Shown here in pieces: positions 32,551 to 46,295 of a DNA stretch of 64,000 bases (position 1 is its first letter; each line of letters starts with the position of its first letter). Source of the stretch: the human T2T-CHM13v2.0 reference genome, Homo sapiens; NCBI RefSeq assembly GCF_009914755.1, contig NC_060928.1. The stretch is one strand, 5' to 3'. The notes below the pieces were generated by a model. The model ran no database searches and was not told where the DNA came from. It saw only the letters and a program-made list of their open reading frames with translations. The position numbers and the translations under genes were made by a program.

Positions 32551-33359
32551 ATTCTAATCTTTGCATTTCAGTCTTTTGTGATACTTTCTCCAACATACAA
32601 CAGTCTAGAATGGAAATATGGGCTATATTTTTGAATTTCTAAGCATTTTACCTGGCTATTAGTATGAATTCAAGAAGCATTTGTTGAAAGAAAAATAAGA
32701 TTCTCAAATTGTAAGCATTAGTGCAAACATTTACTTGGCCACTAAGAAAATTTAATAATTAATTAATATACTTTAGAATTTGTTTCAAAACTCTAAATGT
32801 TTATGATAAAACTAAACTTTCTGGTATTTGGATTTATTCTTAATAACTTCTTTTCCTACATTGCCTTTGTGAAGTTTTCTCTCTAATAAGCCCCTTTAAA
32901 GTTTGAAACTGCAGAATCACAAAGTGTACACTTGCTGCATACTGTAGAGTCCTTTTGGTTGCACCAAATCCTGTTGAGAGTTTTACCATTTTAATAGGCA
33001 TCAGTCAGCGTCTGCAAAAACTTTGCACACATGTAAAGCTGTTGCTGAAATCTTTTATTATCTGGAGAAGGAAAAGCACTAATTTTTTCATGCCATAAAA
33101 TTCCTAAAAATGATGCTCTGATGGTAACATAATGCCCTATATGTGAGTACCATGGTTATAGATTTAATCTAAAATATGAAATCATCAATACTATACAGCC
33201 AATATCAAAAACATGTTGATCAATCCATAAAAGATATGTTGATCAATAATGATCAAAGCTTACCGATACCACCGTGTCCAGTGTTCATTCTAACAGCACA
33301 GCACAATGGTTCCAGACAATTACCTAGTCTTGTTCTCCATATCAAGTGGAGTTATTAGC

Positions 33360-33515
33360 CAATGGGTGAAAATTTTCTGTTAAGCAAGATGAATAAATTC
33401 TAGACATCTTCTGTATAGCATTCCACCTATAGGCAACCATATTGCACTGTACATTGAAAATTTTGTTAAGAAGATAGATCTTACGTTAAGCGTTCTTACC
33501 ACAATTTAAAATAGT
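33360..33515 (+). mobile_element. L1MA/MB 3' end fragment
   Basis: aagatgaataaattctagacatct...gttcttaccaca. Confidence 0.7.
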
Positions 33516-33897
33516 TTTTTAAATTAGCTAGTAAACCTTTTTTATGGTCTAGATACTAATTTCCAAATATAAAGATGGATAATTTAATTGTCTTTAAAAT
33601 TTAAGCCCAGGTGAAGTGTCAAGAATGTCAGCATTTATTTCTGTGTTGACAAATCAGAACATAAACATAAACAAATCAAAACATCAACTACATTCAGGTC
33701 TCCAACTTTAATATCAACTATCTGTTAATTGATTTTAGGTCCACATCTTTGTCCACAATGGCACATTTCTAAACGCATCATCTGGAATTAAAACTACTTA
33801 CCTACTCTCTATACAGTTGCCACTTAACGGGAATTTCCTGGTTGGGTCAGGAATGTGTTTATTCTTATGCATTCTTTGCAGGCTGCATTGCCCAGAG

Positions 33898-33968
33898 TTC
33901 AATCTGGTTTCATATTGTTTACTTCAATCTGGTTTCATATTGTTTACTTCAATCTGGTTTCATATTGT
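33898..33968. repeat. Perfect 25-bp tandem repeat, 2.8 copies
   Basis: Unit ttcaatctggtttcatattgtttac. Confidence 0.95.
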
Positions 33969-34302
33969 GAAGCACAGGGGAGAGTGGGAAGAGGTAAATA
34001 TTCCCTACACCTTCCCACCCATCCACCCTGACCCTATCCTCTTCCCCACTGTCTGAGGGCTTTAGACAGTGGCTACATTTTTCCATGGCTCCGTCCAGAA
34101 AGGTCCACTGTTACTTCAGTTTTAACCAAATAATCCCTGCCCCTGAGCTCTGGTAAATGCCTCTTCTCTTTGCTACTCTGGCCTCGGAGAAATAATTCCT
34201 TACTGGGATTCATGATATCTGGGTTTTCTCTCAGTGATTTCACTGGTGTCTCAGCCCTTCCATTACCCTTGCAGCCAGTCCCCAACTCGAAATTATTGTT
34301 GT

Positions 34303-34813
34303 CCAGGGAACTCAAACAACTCAACAAGAAAAAACACAGGTAGCCCCATTGAATAGTGGGCAAATGACATGAACACATATTTTTCCAAAGAAGACATGCA
34401 AATAGTCAACAAGCATATGAAAAACTGCTAAATATCACTAATCAGAGAAAAATCAAATTAAAGCCATAATAAGATAATATCTTACAGCATTAAAAAATAT
34501 GTTGGTGAGGATGTGGAGACAAGGGAATGCTTTGTACACTGTTGGTGGGAGTGCAAATTAGTGCAACCTCTATGGAAAACAGTATGGAGATTTTTCAAAG
34601 AACTAAAAATAGATGTACCATTTGACCCAGTCATCCCAGTACTGTGTATCTACGCAGAAGAAAAGTAATCATTACACCAAAATATACCTGCACTCATATG
34701 TGTACTACTCAAAGCAGCAAAGATATGGAATCAACCTGAGTGTCCATCAAAGGATGATTGGATAAAGAAAATGTGTTATTATATATATATACACATATAT
34801 AAAAACACATTTT

Positions 34814-34844
<31 letters not shown>

Positions 34845-35210
34845 CCATGAAAAAATACTCAGCTATAAAAAAGAATGAAATTATGTCTTTTTCAGAAACA
34901 TAAGTGGAACTGGAGGCCTTTATCTTAAGTAAAGTAACTCAGAAACGAAAGTCAAATACGGCATATTCTCACTTATAAGTGGGAGCTAAACAATGTGTAC
35001 ACATGAACATAGAGAGTGGAATAATAGACATTGGAGGCTTGGAAAGGTGGGAGGGTGGGAGTGGGGTGAAGGATGAGCAATTACCTCTCGGGTACAATGT
35101 GCACTATTTGGGTGATGATTACACTAAAAGCTCAGGCTTCACCAGCACATAATATATCCATGTAACAAAACTGCACTTGTACCTTCTAAATCTGTAAAAA
35201 TAAAAATTAA
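34303..35210 (+). mobile_element. L1MA-type 3' fragment with internal (TA)n
   Basis: ORF2 C-terminal motifs, 3' UTR ending gtaacaaaactgcacttgtacc...aaaaataaaaa. Confidence 0.9.
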
Positions 35211-36545
35211 ATTGTCCTTATTTCAAATGCAGTAGGTGGTTTCTGTTTTGTTTTTGTGTTTTTGCTTTTTGACAAAATTGCGATATATATGCGCTGTATA
35301 ATGATATCCTAGGAGTCACGTTTCTGGATCTACTTTTTCAGGGTCATTTCTAAGCATTGTGGATTATGTATCTGTTTTAGATTGAAAATACTGAACCATA
35401 CAGCTTTCATGGGATTTGAGAATGAAATCATGTTTTCCCTAAGAAATGATATCTTTTCTTCTAAAAACACAAAGCAGTCTAACTTTGATAATTAATTCTA
35501 ATATGCATTGGGAACACATGCATAGGTAGATGGAAAGTTTGATGAAATGCTACCATGTGATATATGATTTTCATATATATCTCATTTATTCTTGCAACCA
35601 CTCAACAGGGATATTATGTAACATAACTTGCTGTTGTGAAATCTGTAAAATAGCTACAAACCAAATCCAAGGCTGTCTGAGTCCAAAGCCTAGACCATTT
35701 CTACTCTGTAAAACTATTTCTTCTTCAGAGAAAATATTTAAAACAACAGTGACAGACTATGAATGTTCAATATGTATAATACGGAAATTTGTCTCTTTTT
35801 TCTTTATTTTTCTTGCTGTATTAGAAAAACTCCTTGCAGCGTTTTAAGATTAATGTTCCTTTCCCTCTAGGAAAGAGGATAGAGCAAAACAAGTTTTGTT
35901 TTATTAATGATTTCAGTCCTGGATTTAATAAATTTTAAACCTACACTATGAAATTAAAAGGGATGATGTATTTTGGGATGAGGATGAGTTAGAGGTAGAA
36001 TGACATAAAGATAAAGAAGTGAAGGAAGTTTATCAGGCGTGAAACAGAAGCCTGGGGCACGATGATGGGGAAGGTTTCCAAGTGGGAGGAGCTACTGATT
36101 AGTGAGTCCAGAGGGTAGTTCCCAGGAAGGAGCAACGTACATCAATAAGGAGGTTCAAAAACAAATTGTCTGTACCTGGTAAGGACAGAAGTACAAATTC
36201 ATTGGTCTGTGTTAAAAGTCTTGTTCCTTATCAAAATGCAATCTATAGAGAACTTCGTTAATCTGGATATTAGGCAGGCATCATGCTGATTCACTAAATG
36301 ATGACATCATCTTTATGAGCCTTGATAAAATAAAGTACAAATAATCCAAAATGTCCTGGAAATATACATGCATCATGGAAGATGGTAGGTAAACTTCATG
36401 GAGAATCAGGGGCTTGACAAATTGATGTTCTTAGAGGATTGAGGTATGCCACAGGTAGGGAAGAAACGGTTGCATGTTGCACCTCCAGTTACTAAGGCAG
36501 AAGCCCAGATCTTCATGGATTTTGGAGGTAGCATTATTTATTGGG

Positions 36546-36907
36546 TGATATGGTTTGGCTGTGTCCCCACCCAAATCTCATGTTGAAGTGTAGCTCCCAT
36601 AATTCCCACGTGTTGTGGGAGGGACCTATGGGAGGTAATTGAATCACGGGGGCAGTTTTCCCCCATACTGTTCTCGCGGTAGTGAATAAGTCTCATGAGA
36701 TCTGAGGGTTTTATAAGGGGTTTTCCCTTTCTCTTGGCTCTCATTCTCTCCTACCTGCTGCCATGTAAGACGTGCCTTTCACCTTCCACCATGATTATGA
36801 GGCCTCCCCAGCCACGTGGAACTGTGAGTCCATTAAACCTCTTTTTCTTTATAAATTACCCAGTCTCCAGTATGTCTTTATCAGCAGCATGAAAACAGAG
36901 TAATACA
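36546..36907 (+). mobile_element. THE1 (THE1C-like) solo LTR
   Basis: tgatatggtttggctgtgtcccc ... taataca with perfect 5-bp TSD ttggg. Confidence 0.93.
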
Positions 36908-37289
36908 TTGGGAACTTGGAAACTATCAGTTTTAAGTGGAATCCAGAGAAACAGAGGGCTGTGTAGCACAATCTGTTCTGCCTCTTAAGCCACATGACTC
37001 AGTAAATCCAGAGATGCTAGATGTATCTGTAATAGATAATGAAGCTACATGGAGTCTCTGACAAGCCCAAATATAAGGGTTGCAGAACAGACCCATAGGG
37101 TTTTAGATAAAAGCCATGCCTTCCTTAGCGTGCAACTGGACCCCAGCAGACTGAGCACCGTAATGCGGGATATGAAGTGATTTTCCAATCATTCTTTCCT
37201 CATGAGTTGGATATGTTCAGATCTGTCAATTTATGACACTGAGGGTTTGCAACATCAATATATTATACAATATTTGATGGGAAAAGTAT

Positions 37290-37859
37290 TGTACTGATGT
37301 TTGTAGTTGTGTAACAAATCACCATAAATTTAGCATCTTAAACAACACGCATGTATTATTTCACAGATTCTATGGAAGAAGAGTGTGGGCACAGATTAAC
37401 TGGGTCTTCTGCTTAGGGTTTCAATGGCTGAGAAATCAAGGTGTTGACTAGACTGTTTTCTCATCTAGAGTTTACTGGAGAAAATCCACTTCCAAGTTGG
37501 AAAAATTCATTTCCTTGCAGTCACAGGGTTAAGGTCTCCAGCTTCTTGACAGCTGGGGCTGGGAGCCACCTTCAGCTTCTGGAGGCTGCCAGTAGTTCTG
37601 AGAAGCCACTGGCAATTCCTGCCAATGGCCACTTATACTTCATCAAGCCAATAAGGAGAATCTCTGTGACAAGCCAGCCTGCAAAACAGGGTAATATACT
37701 GTAACTATCATGTGAGTGACATCTCATCACATTCACCAAATTCTATTGATTAGAAGCAAGTCAAGGTCCCATTGACATTCCAGGGGATGGAATGAGGCAC
37801 AAGGCATTCAGCACCAAGAGGTGGAGATCATGGGGGCATCTTAGAGTCTGCCTGCTACA
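37290..37859 (-). mobile_element. MLT1 (E/F/G-like) solo LTR
   Basis: tgtaacaaatcaccataaatttagc...ggcatcttagagtctgcctgctaca. Confidence 0.75.
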
Positions 37860-38769
37860 GATAAATTCAGAGTTAGGCCTGAAAAGGTCCAGAAGACACA
37901 AGTAAGTTGTAGCCATGAGTAGCCCAGGTGCAATATCATATACCTCAGTAGCACCAGTGTCTTCTCCTCAGCTAAGGAAGGTGTCAAGAGAGACATCTTA
38001 TGATCAACCTATGGAGGAAGAAAAAATTTGTGGTATTTTGCATGTCGGCTCAGGGCAAAGAGTGCATTTTAGAATAAAGGAGGTGTGGCAACGTGTGTGC
38101 ATGGCCGTCAGATGCACAGGGCTAAGAAGCAACTGCTAGAAAGGTCAAATAGCTGTAATAGGTTCAGCTCATGTGGAACTTGGGACACTGCTCTGTATGT
38201 TTGAGACTCTCTCCTCCAGAAAACAGAATATTTACTGAGCCAGCAGTCAATACATGGTGCTGAGACTGACATGTCTAGAAAACACAGGTCTCAGGACCAC
38301 AGGGTGAAAGAGTTGCCCCCTCACCATCACACGTGAGTATCCACTTGAAGAATCACTGTGTTTTCCAGTCTCACAACATTAGGCTCTCCTGGATTAGGGA
38401 TAATGGTTCCCAAGAAAGAACTGCTTCTATAGGGAATATAGAAAGAATTCCACATAATATAAAGTTACTTCAAGTTAGAACTGCTGTCTGATTACTTTGG
38501 GTTTCTCATACTAACGTACTCAGAGGCAAAGAAAGAAGATACTCAGCTAAGGAGGTAATTAGTCCAGGTTATTATGAGAGACAGTGACAAATGTAGAATC
38601 CAAAAAGACTAATATGGCCATCTCCTGTTATTTATCTGTTCAGTAAGAACAATGAACGGGCACTTATAGCAGTCATGGTCCAGTAAGAGGAAGAAAGTAT
38701 GGATTCAACTCTGTAGGGGTGATGGTTTGAGTCAACGCAACAGACCAGCAACCCAGACCAAACAAAGAG

Positions 38770-39222
38770 ATCTGTCATTCTTCCTGTGAGTGACACCGGA
38801 ACTGCTCTCGTTAACCTTACACTGTTCGTCTCTGACTTCCTGTTCCAGACTTCTCTGTTGGCACATTGAGAGTAATGTCATGGTGAGCTGCTGTGCGCTC
38901 AAGAATGTGCTACCTGGAGGTTTGGGAAGTTAAACCTTTAGAGAAATCTTTTGACCAAAGGAACTTGGGAGAAAATGGATACACATTTTCCTATAACTTC
39001 TCCAGAAAGTCTTGAGACATAGTCCATAGACTTCCGTAGGAGATCAACGAAATGAAGGAAGCAGCTGTCGATAGTTGTGGCTAACGTAAAAATGTATCTC
39101 TATATTCAGCCTCCCTTCTCCCCTGTTTTGTTCCCCTGCTTCCTGGATTCCACTCCTCGATAAAATACTTGCCCTTAAGCCTTTGCCTTAGCTCTGGTGT
39201 CTGAGGAATTAGAGCTAAGATA
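38770..39222 (+). mobile_element. LTR16-like ERVL LTR
   Basis: 3' end taaaatacttgccc...ctctggtgtctgaggaattagagctaagata, directly downstream of the ERVL internal region. Confidence 0.55.
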
Positions 39223-39975
39223 CTGCTCATTATGAGAATGTCAACACCCACGCCAAGTCTACTAATTCCAGATGATCTAAAATTTTAAGACCCTTAGGGA
39301 TCCAGTTCACTGGAGGATTCTACTCAAAGGTATAGAGAAAGGCCTTTGTTCAAGCTGCACATCACATTTTGTTAATTAGGCATGGAAGTCACTCTCCTCG
39401 TACCCAAGGTCTCACATGTGCTCTCCTAACGTACTGATTAGCATCCAAGCAAAACCACAACCCATCATATACCACTTTAAGCTTCTCTTCCCCCAGTGGT
39501 ATTATTGCTCTGTCCTAATTACGTGACAACAACCCCACGGATTTGAATTCAAATGGCAGCAAGCGGCCAAAATGCCAATTTCTTCATCTACTAATCTGTA
39601 CTTCTATAGTTTCTCTCCGAATGTTTTCTTCCTCCATTTTAAAGTTATATTTCTGTACATGAATAACTCCATTATACAGTTAATATGGTAAAGGAAACAA
39701 ACTCTTTCTTATGTCAATGACACCTTTAATACTTTTTTTTATCACTCCTCTATTTTAAAATCTTACTACATTTTCCTTTTTGAAGGTATTATTTTCCCAT
39801 ATGCCTACAGAAAATATGCCCATTGGCAAAATAATGCAAAATGATGAAGATAATAAAACAAAATAAAGAAAATAAAAATCCACAGTGTTCTTGTTTTTGA
39901 GCCATTTCTTTGAATGGATATTTAGCCTTTGCTATTACGTTATTATGACTTTAACACCATCATTGAAATTTGCCT

Positions 39976-40295
39976 GGCTGGGCGGGGTAGCTCACTCCTG
40001 TAATTCCAGCACTTTTTGAGGCCAAAGCATGTGGATCACCTGAGGTCAGGAGTTCAAGACCAGCCTGGCAAACATGGTGAAACCCCATCTCTACAAAAAA
40101 ATACAAAAAATTAGCTGGCCGTCGTGGTGGGTACCTGCAATCCCAGCGACTCAGGAGGCTGAGGCAGGAGAATCATTTGAACTCAGCAGGCGGAGGTTGC
40201 AGTGAGCCGAGATCCATGCCACTGCACTCCAGCCTCGGCGACAGAGAGACACTCCATCTCAAAAATAAAAAATAAAAAAAGAAGAAGAAAGAAAA
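39976..40295 (+). mobile_element. Alu (AluSx-like)
   Basis: Full dimer; TSD gaaatttgcct at 39965-39975 and 40296-40306. Confidence 0.95.
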
Positions 40296-40393
40296 GAAAT
40301 TTGCCTATCACTGAGAACAGTTAATTTCATACAGGGTCATAACACGCTAAATGATTGCACTGTTATTATTATAGGTAGATAACAGAAGGCCAG

Positions 40394-40785
40394 GACATTA
40401 GTCTGTTTTGCATTGCTATAAAGGAATATCTAAGGCTGGTAGTTTATTTTTTGTCTTGGCTCATGGTTCTGCAGACTATCCAGGAAGCATAGTGCCAGTG
40501 TCTGCTTCTGTGAAAGCCTCAGGAAGCTTACAATCATGACAGAGGGCAGAGGGGGAGCAGGTGCATCACATGGTGAGACAGGGAGCAAGGGAGGGGGGAG
40601 GTGCCAGGCTCTTCTAAACAACCAGGTCTCGGGAAGTAAGAACTCATAACTGCAGGGAGGGCACGAAGCCATTCGTGAGGGGTCTGCCCCCATGACCCAA
40701 ACCCCTCCCACCAGGCCCCACCTCCAACGTCAGGGATCACATTTCAACATGAGATTTGCAGGGGACAAACATCCAAACTACATCA
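40394..40785 (-). mobile_element. MST (A/B-like) solo LTR
   Basis: attagtctgttttgcattgctataaagg ... catccaaactacatca; 4/5 TSD gccag / gcaag. Confidence 0.88.
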
Positions 40786-42384
40786 GCAAGTTCTGGACTA
40801 AAGTAAGACACATTTGGTTTGACGCCCTTCCATTTTATTTTTAATATACCCTCTTCCAACCTAACAGACATCAACCCAGGTCTCGTTTTTTCCTGATCAG
40901 ATTGGGGTTTTATTTTAAACCAAGCACATGTTAACAGCCAGTTTTTTTTCCAAGGAAAATATCCCCATTATTAGCTATGGCCAGGATTTTCTGAATTCTC
41001 TTTCCTATTTGCACTTTGCATTTTTACTGGGGCTTCTCTGCCCTTCATAAGAGGCGCGCATCCTTAGTGGGGCACTGTTAAAGCAGCCGCGTCTCCCTCA
41101 GCCCTGGCTACAGGCAGCAGGTGTTTCTTCCATCTTATGCCCATACTCTGCCTCCTTAGGCTTTCTACACAAGGGACCTTAAGTGGAAGCCCACACTCTT
41201 CTTGCAATCAAAGCTTTCTCTTTTTCCTGAGGTTCACTGATGTTGTTGATTCTATAATCTTTTGTGGGGTTTTAATTTGTGATAATGTAAAGTGTTAGGA
41301 GTCCCCCAAAGCATTTATATTATGAGAGGTTGTTCCCAAATATGGAAACGTGTTCAACTCACAGTATGCATTTCTAATGGTAGAATTTACCCCCCTTTAG
41401 TAGGTGGGTGCTGTCAAAGGGGAGTACATGTGTGTCTATATGGCTCTGTGTCTGTCCTTGTCTACCTCACTTCTCTATTTATTATCTATCCATTTACCAC
41501 CCATTCTAAATAGATCTGATGGTAATGCCAGAGAAGAGACATTATCATATTTTACTGAATAAAATAATGAGAAAAAGCGGGGTTGAAGTCACATCACAGA
41601 CCGAGAAAAACTTCTAGAGTATTGCTGTGCAGAAAATGCAGTGGACTAGAGGAAATTTAGCCAGTACTTCTTCTTTCTTTATGATCCTATTATTTTCACT
41701 ACACAGAAGCCAGTTTTCTCCCTGATTTTTCACTTGGTAGGATTTGGCCAGTGTCTGTTAGAAATTTGGTTAAAGCTCAAACAAGTCGGATTTTCAAAAG
41801 CAACCTGAAGGTCAGCTGTTTAGTTTTATGCATTTCCTTCTTCTCTGACCAAATACTGCAAGTTCTGCCAGTAGGCAAAGGCAAAGATAATGTATTTTGT
41901 ATGGCCTAGTTTTGTATCCATATGAAATACTATAGACTTGTTTGAGGTTACAGTTTGAATATTAACAAAAATCAATAAAGCTAAGACGTACTAGATAACA
42001 TTCAAAGTCCCTTTGAAATAAGAAGAAATGCTCAGGAAAATCTAAAAGTAAAATATTTATTTTTCTCAATTGATATTTCCATAAGTCATTTTTATTTTTT
42101 GCTCTTAATAAAGAAACCATAATAATGTGAGAATAAAGTGAAATCAGTGGTACCATTATTGAATACTTATTTAATACCCCCTCACTACAACGCCACCCCA
42201 AGTCCCATTGCTCAAAGACAGCCACTTTTGTTTCTCTCTCTGGTATTTGGGAACACATTTATTAATAATATAGGTATAATGTAATTTTCTGTTGAGTAAT
42301 TTACATGTTTAACCATTACAGGCATTTTGCTTTCCTGTTCCAATGGATAAAAATTCAACTCTCCTGATAGAAATTTCAAAGACA

Positions 42385-42676
42385 GACCAGGCTTGGTGGC
42401 TTATCCCTGTGATCCCAGCACTTTGGGAGGCTGAGGCAGGCGGATCACAAGGTCAGGAGTTCGAGACCAGCCTGGCCAACATGGTGAAACCCTATCTCTA
42501 CTAAAATACAAAAAATTAGCCGGGTGTGGTTGCAGGCACGTGTAGTCCCAGCTACTCAGGAGGCTGAGACAAGAATCACTTGAACCTGGGAGGTGGAGCT
42601 TGCAGTGAGCCGAGATTGTGCCACTGCACTCCAGCCTGGGTGACAGAGTGAGACTCCATCTCAAAAAAAAAAAAAG
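42385..42676 (+). mobile_element. Alu (AluSg-like)
   Basis: Full dimer; TSD agaaatttcaaaga on both sides. Confidence 0.95.
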
Positions 42677-43182
42677 AGAAATTTCAAAGAGAAAAAGACA
42701 AATCACCTAGCCATGAGTTAGATTTGTTACATCATAACATTTCAGTGTTAGATTGGATTTTCCACTGTGTCTAGTTCACCCAGCCATCTAATGCTTGAAG
42801 TTTTTCTAATCACTCTTTCTTTCTCAGAGGACGTTGACTTCTGCACGAATCCCTCCAGGTTCTGTGAAATATTTCTCAAGGTTGTCAGTTGCCCATTTCA
42901 TAACCCTACAGCTAGGATTTCTCTGCCTGTCTCACTATTTCTCTCCTCCACCTCACGCCTCAGATCAAAAATCTGTATGCTTGGGACTTCTCCCTTTTGA
43001 GCTAGAATTCCACATGGAATCGCTACTGTTCTACCTGAGAGATCTATAAATATTTTAAAGACAATATTAGTTTCTGTCCTTAGTTTTTTCTCTTCAATGT
43101 TAATAGTATAAATTCTGAACATGAATATATGTCAAGTTCTCTTTCCATCTTTAATGCTATACATAAATGTTTTAAGTTTCAT

Positions 43183-43787
<605 letters not shown>

Positions 43788-43967
43788 GTTTCTTGTTTCT
43801 CGATGCCGCCTTTAAAGTGTAGTGTTTGGAGTGGCCGTGCCAGGGAGTGTCTCCACCTCTCTTTCTTCACCCACAGATGGTTCTGGGGAAGCTGCATCAC
43901 AGCCGTCACTTGTATTGAGCTCACGTGCAACCAAAACCCTTTATAGAGTTGGGTTTTTAGCTGTGTC

Positions 43968-44105
43968 TAGACGCTTTTATGCTGAATTCTTGAACACACA
44001 TAGACTCAGCTGGACTCTTTTATGCTGAATTCATAGACACAGCTAGACTCTTTTATGCTGAATTCTAAATTCTTGAATTTAAGAATCTTAAAATTCTTGA
44101 ATTTT
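43968..44105. repeat. Imperfect ~33-bp tandem repeat plus short direct repeats
   Basis: cttttatgctgaattc three times; aaattcttgaattt twice. Confidence 0.9.
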
Positions 44106-45548
44106 AGACCCAAAACAGTGCCAAATATTTTATCTTTGTCACATTTTCTTTCTAGTCAGAGCTGACAGGTTGTTAAATTTAAGAATTTTTTGAATACTGG
44201 TTCTCTTCTATTTTCTATTTCTGGGTATGTCCATATCTGTGTCAACTAAAAATGTCCCAAGCCTGCCATTACTACCAGTCCCTTAGCCATTAATAAAGAC
44301 ATGCAACCAGAAATGATTGAGGACAGACCTGCTGGGCATCTCCTGTCCAGGTTGACACTGATTATTTGATCAATAATTTTGAAAGATGGATTGTGTATAA
44401 GTTACAATATATTTGATATTTTGTAAAAAAAAAAAAGACTCAGTAAGCCCAAGAATCTAAGAAAATTAATACTAAATAACTTTCCCAAATGTTGACATAA
44501 GAAAAAATTATACCTGAGAAAAGCATTATTAATGTATTTTTAAAATAATTTATTTAAAAAAATTATTGTGGTTTTCTTACATAACTAGCAATTATCTATA
44601 GGCTTTGAGAAAAATGAGTCAAAGCGGAACACATACTCACATTACTATAGATGTTTTAATTCAGCTGTAAACCTCTGGAGGATAATGACCTTGTTTTGCC
44701 CTATGTGCGTGGGGCAGAGGGAGGCAGGAACTCAGGCCTGGAAGGAACCTCATGATAGTGTTGCTTTTTCCTTTTTCCAACAAAAAGTTAGAGATGCATG
44801 ATCAATAAAATAACAAGCATATAATTGCATTTTGAGGTAAGTGAGCAGATGCTGTGTTGCTAGGGAATTGTTGTTGAATGAGTATAAAATATGAATTTCC
44901 AGAAAGTTGTCATGTAGGTAATATCTGATTTTATTGGCAAGGAAATTCTCAGTCCCTGTGAAGTCATCATTACCAAGTTTTGAGAATTTAATAGGGAGTC
45001 AGTGTATGCATTGGTGTGTTTCTTTCTTCCTTCTATTTCAGGTACTAGTCTCATCTTTTGCCAGAAACGAAGGTTGGTCAGACCATCTGGGATTAGAAAC
45101 AGACAGCAAAAGTGTCCCTTTAACCTGAGGACACTACAGGAAAGGTCTTTCTTTCCTTTGGGCATTTTCTTCATGATTGCTTTACCCCTATACTCATGCT
45201 ACTGAGCTCTCTCCTTTCCATTTTGTGAATAAACTGGGACTGAAGATAAGATTTGGAATAAATGTGTACTTATTATCAAAATGAATATTTTATCTCTTGC
45301 TAATTCGTAGTAATTTGCATTGGTTAGTTCTTGAAGGGAAATGATCTAAAAATGTAAAGATTTATGAATACGGAAAAACATGAACTATTATTTCTTTTAA
45401 TGTTTCCCTTTAGTCAACTTTAGGAATACAAAACTGAGTTGTTTTACCTCCCTTAAGTTTTGGGACACGTGATTCCAGCTCTGTTCCGGTTGATGACAGA
45501 AAGTCACATTCAAATCTCTTGATATCATATCTAAAAATCCTGATTTGT

Positions 45549-45842
45549 GGTCAGGCACGGTGGCTCACGCCTGTAATCCCAGCACTTTGGGAGGCCGAGG
45601 TGGGGGATCACCTGAGGTCGGGAGTTCGAGACCAGCCTGAGCAATATGGAGAAACCCCATCTCTACTAAAAATACAAAATTAGCCGGGTGTGGTGGCGCA
45701 TGCCTGTAGTCCTAGCTACTCAGGAGACTGGGGCAGGAGAATCGCTTGAACCCAGGAGGTGGAGGTAACGGTGAGCCGAGATCGCCCCACTCTACTCCAT
45801 CCTGGGCAACAGAGCAAAACTCTGTCTCGAAAAAAAAAAAAA
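45549..45842 (+). mobile_element. AluSp
   Basis: Diagnostics gtcgggag, atggagaaaccc, cggtgagccg; TSD aaaaatcctgattt. Confidence 0.93.
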
Positions 45843-46119
45843 TCCTGATTTATTACAGAAAGGTCCAGAGCAAAAGCAGCATTTTGAACTTGGTGTATGG
45901 TTAACTGGACAGGGATGTGGATCTGAAGGAGAGCAAAGTATTTGTACTAGCAAAGGGACAGAAAGGACAAGTTCGGGTATCAAAAAAATAGGTGATTAAA
46001 ACTATAGGAAAAAACCATAAGGGTATGAATTGCCTTGTAAAGAAACCATTTTGAGAAGGAGAGCAGGAAGCAAAATTAGTTAAGAAGGAATGTTTTTAAG
46101 ACAAAGTAAGTATTCAACA

Positions 46120-46295
46120 GTAAAAGGAAATAAAAGGTTTATTGAATGTTCCCAACACAAAGAAATGATGAATGTCTGAGTTGCTGGATATGCTAATGAC
46201 CCTGATCTAATCACCATACATTGTATGTATTGAAACATCACTATGTACCCCATAAATACTCATAATTATTATTTGTCAATTTAAGAATATTTTAA
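46120..46295 (+). mobile_element. L1MA 3' end fragment
   Basis: gaatgttcccaacacaaagaaatgat...tgtaccccataaata. Confidence 0.8.

Larger units (their letters stand above)
36100..38770 (+). mobile_element. Decayed ERVL (HERV16/ERVL-E-like) internal pol segments
   Basis: Broken RT motifs: IMLIH*..DDII (YIDD equivalent, ~36280-36310), FKWNPEKQRA (~36930), RPIGF*IKAMP (~37090). Confidence 0.65.

Noticed and set aside
43968-44066. CRISPR-like repeat-spacer array
   Set aside because: Only three short repeats, the spacers resemble each other, eukaryotic context, no cas genes
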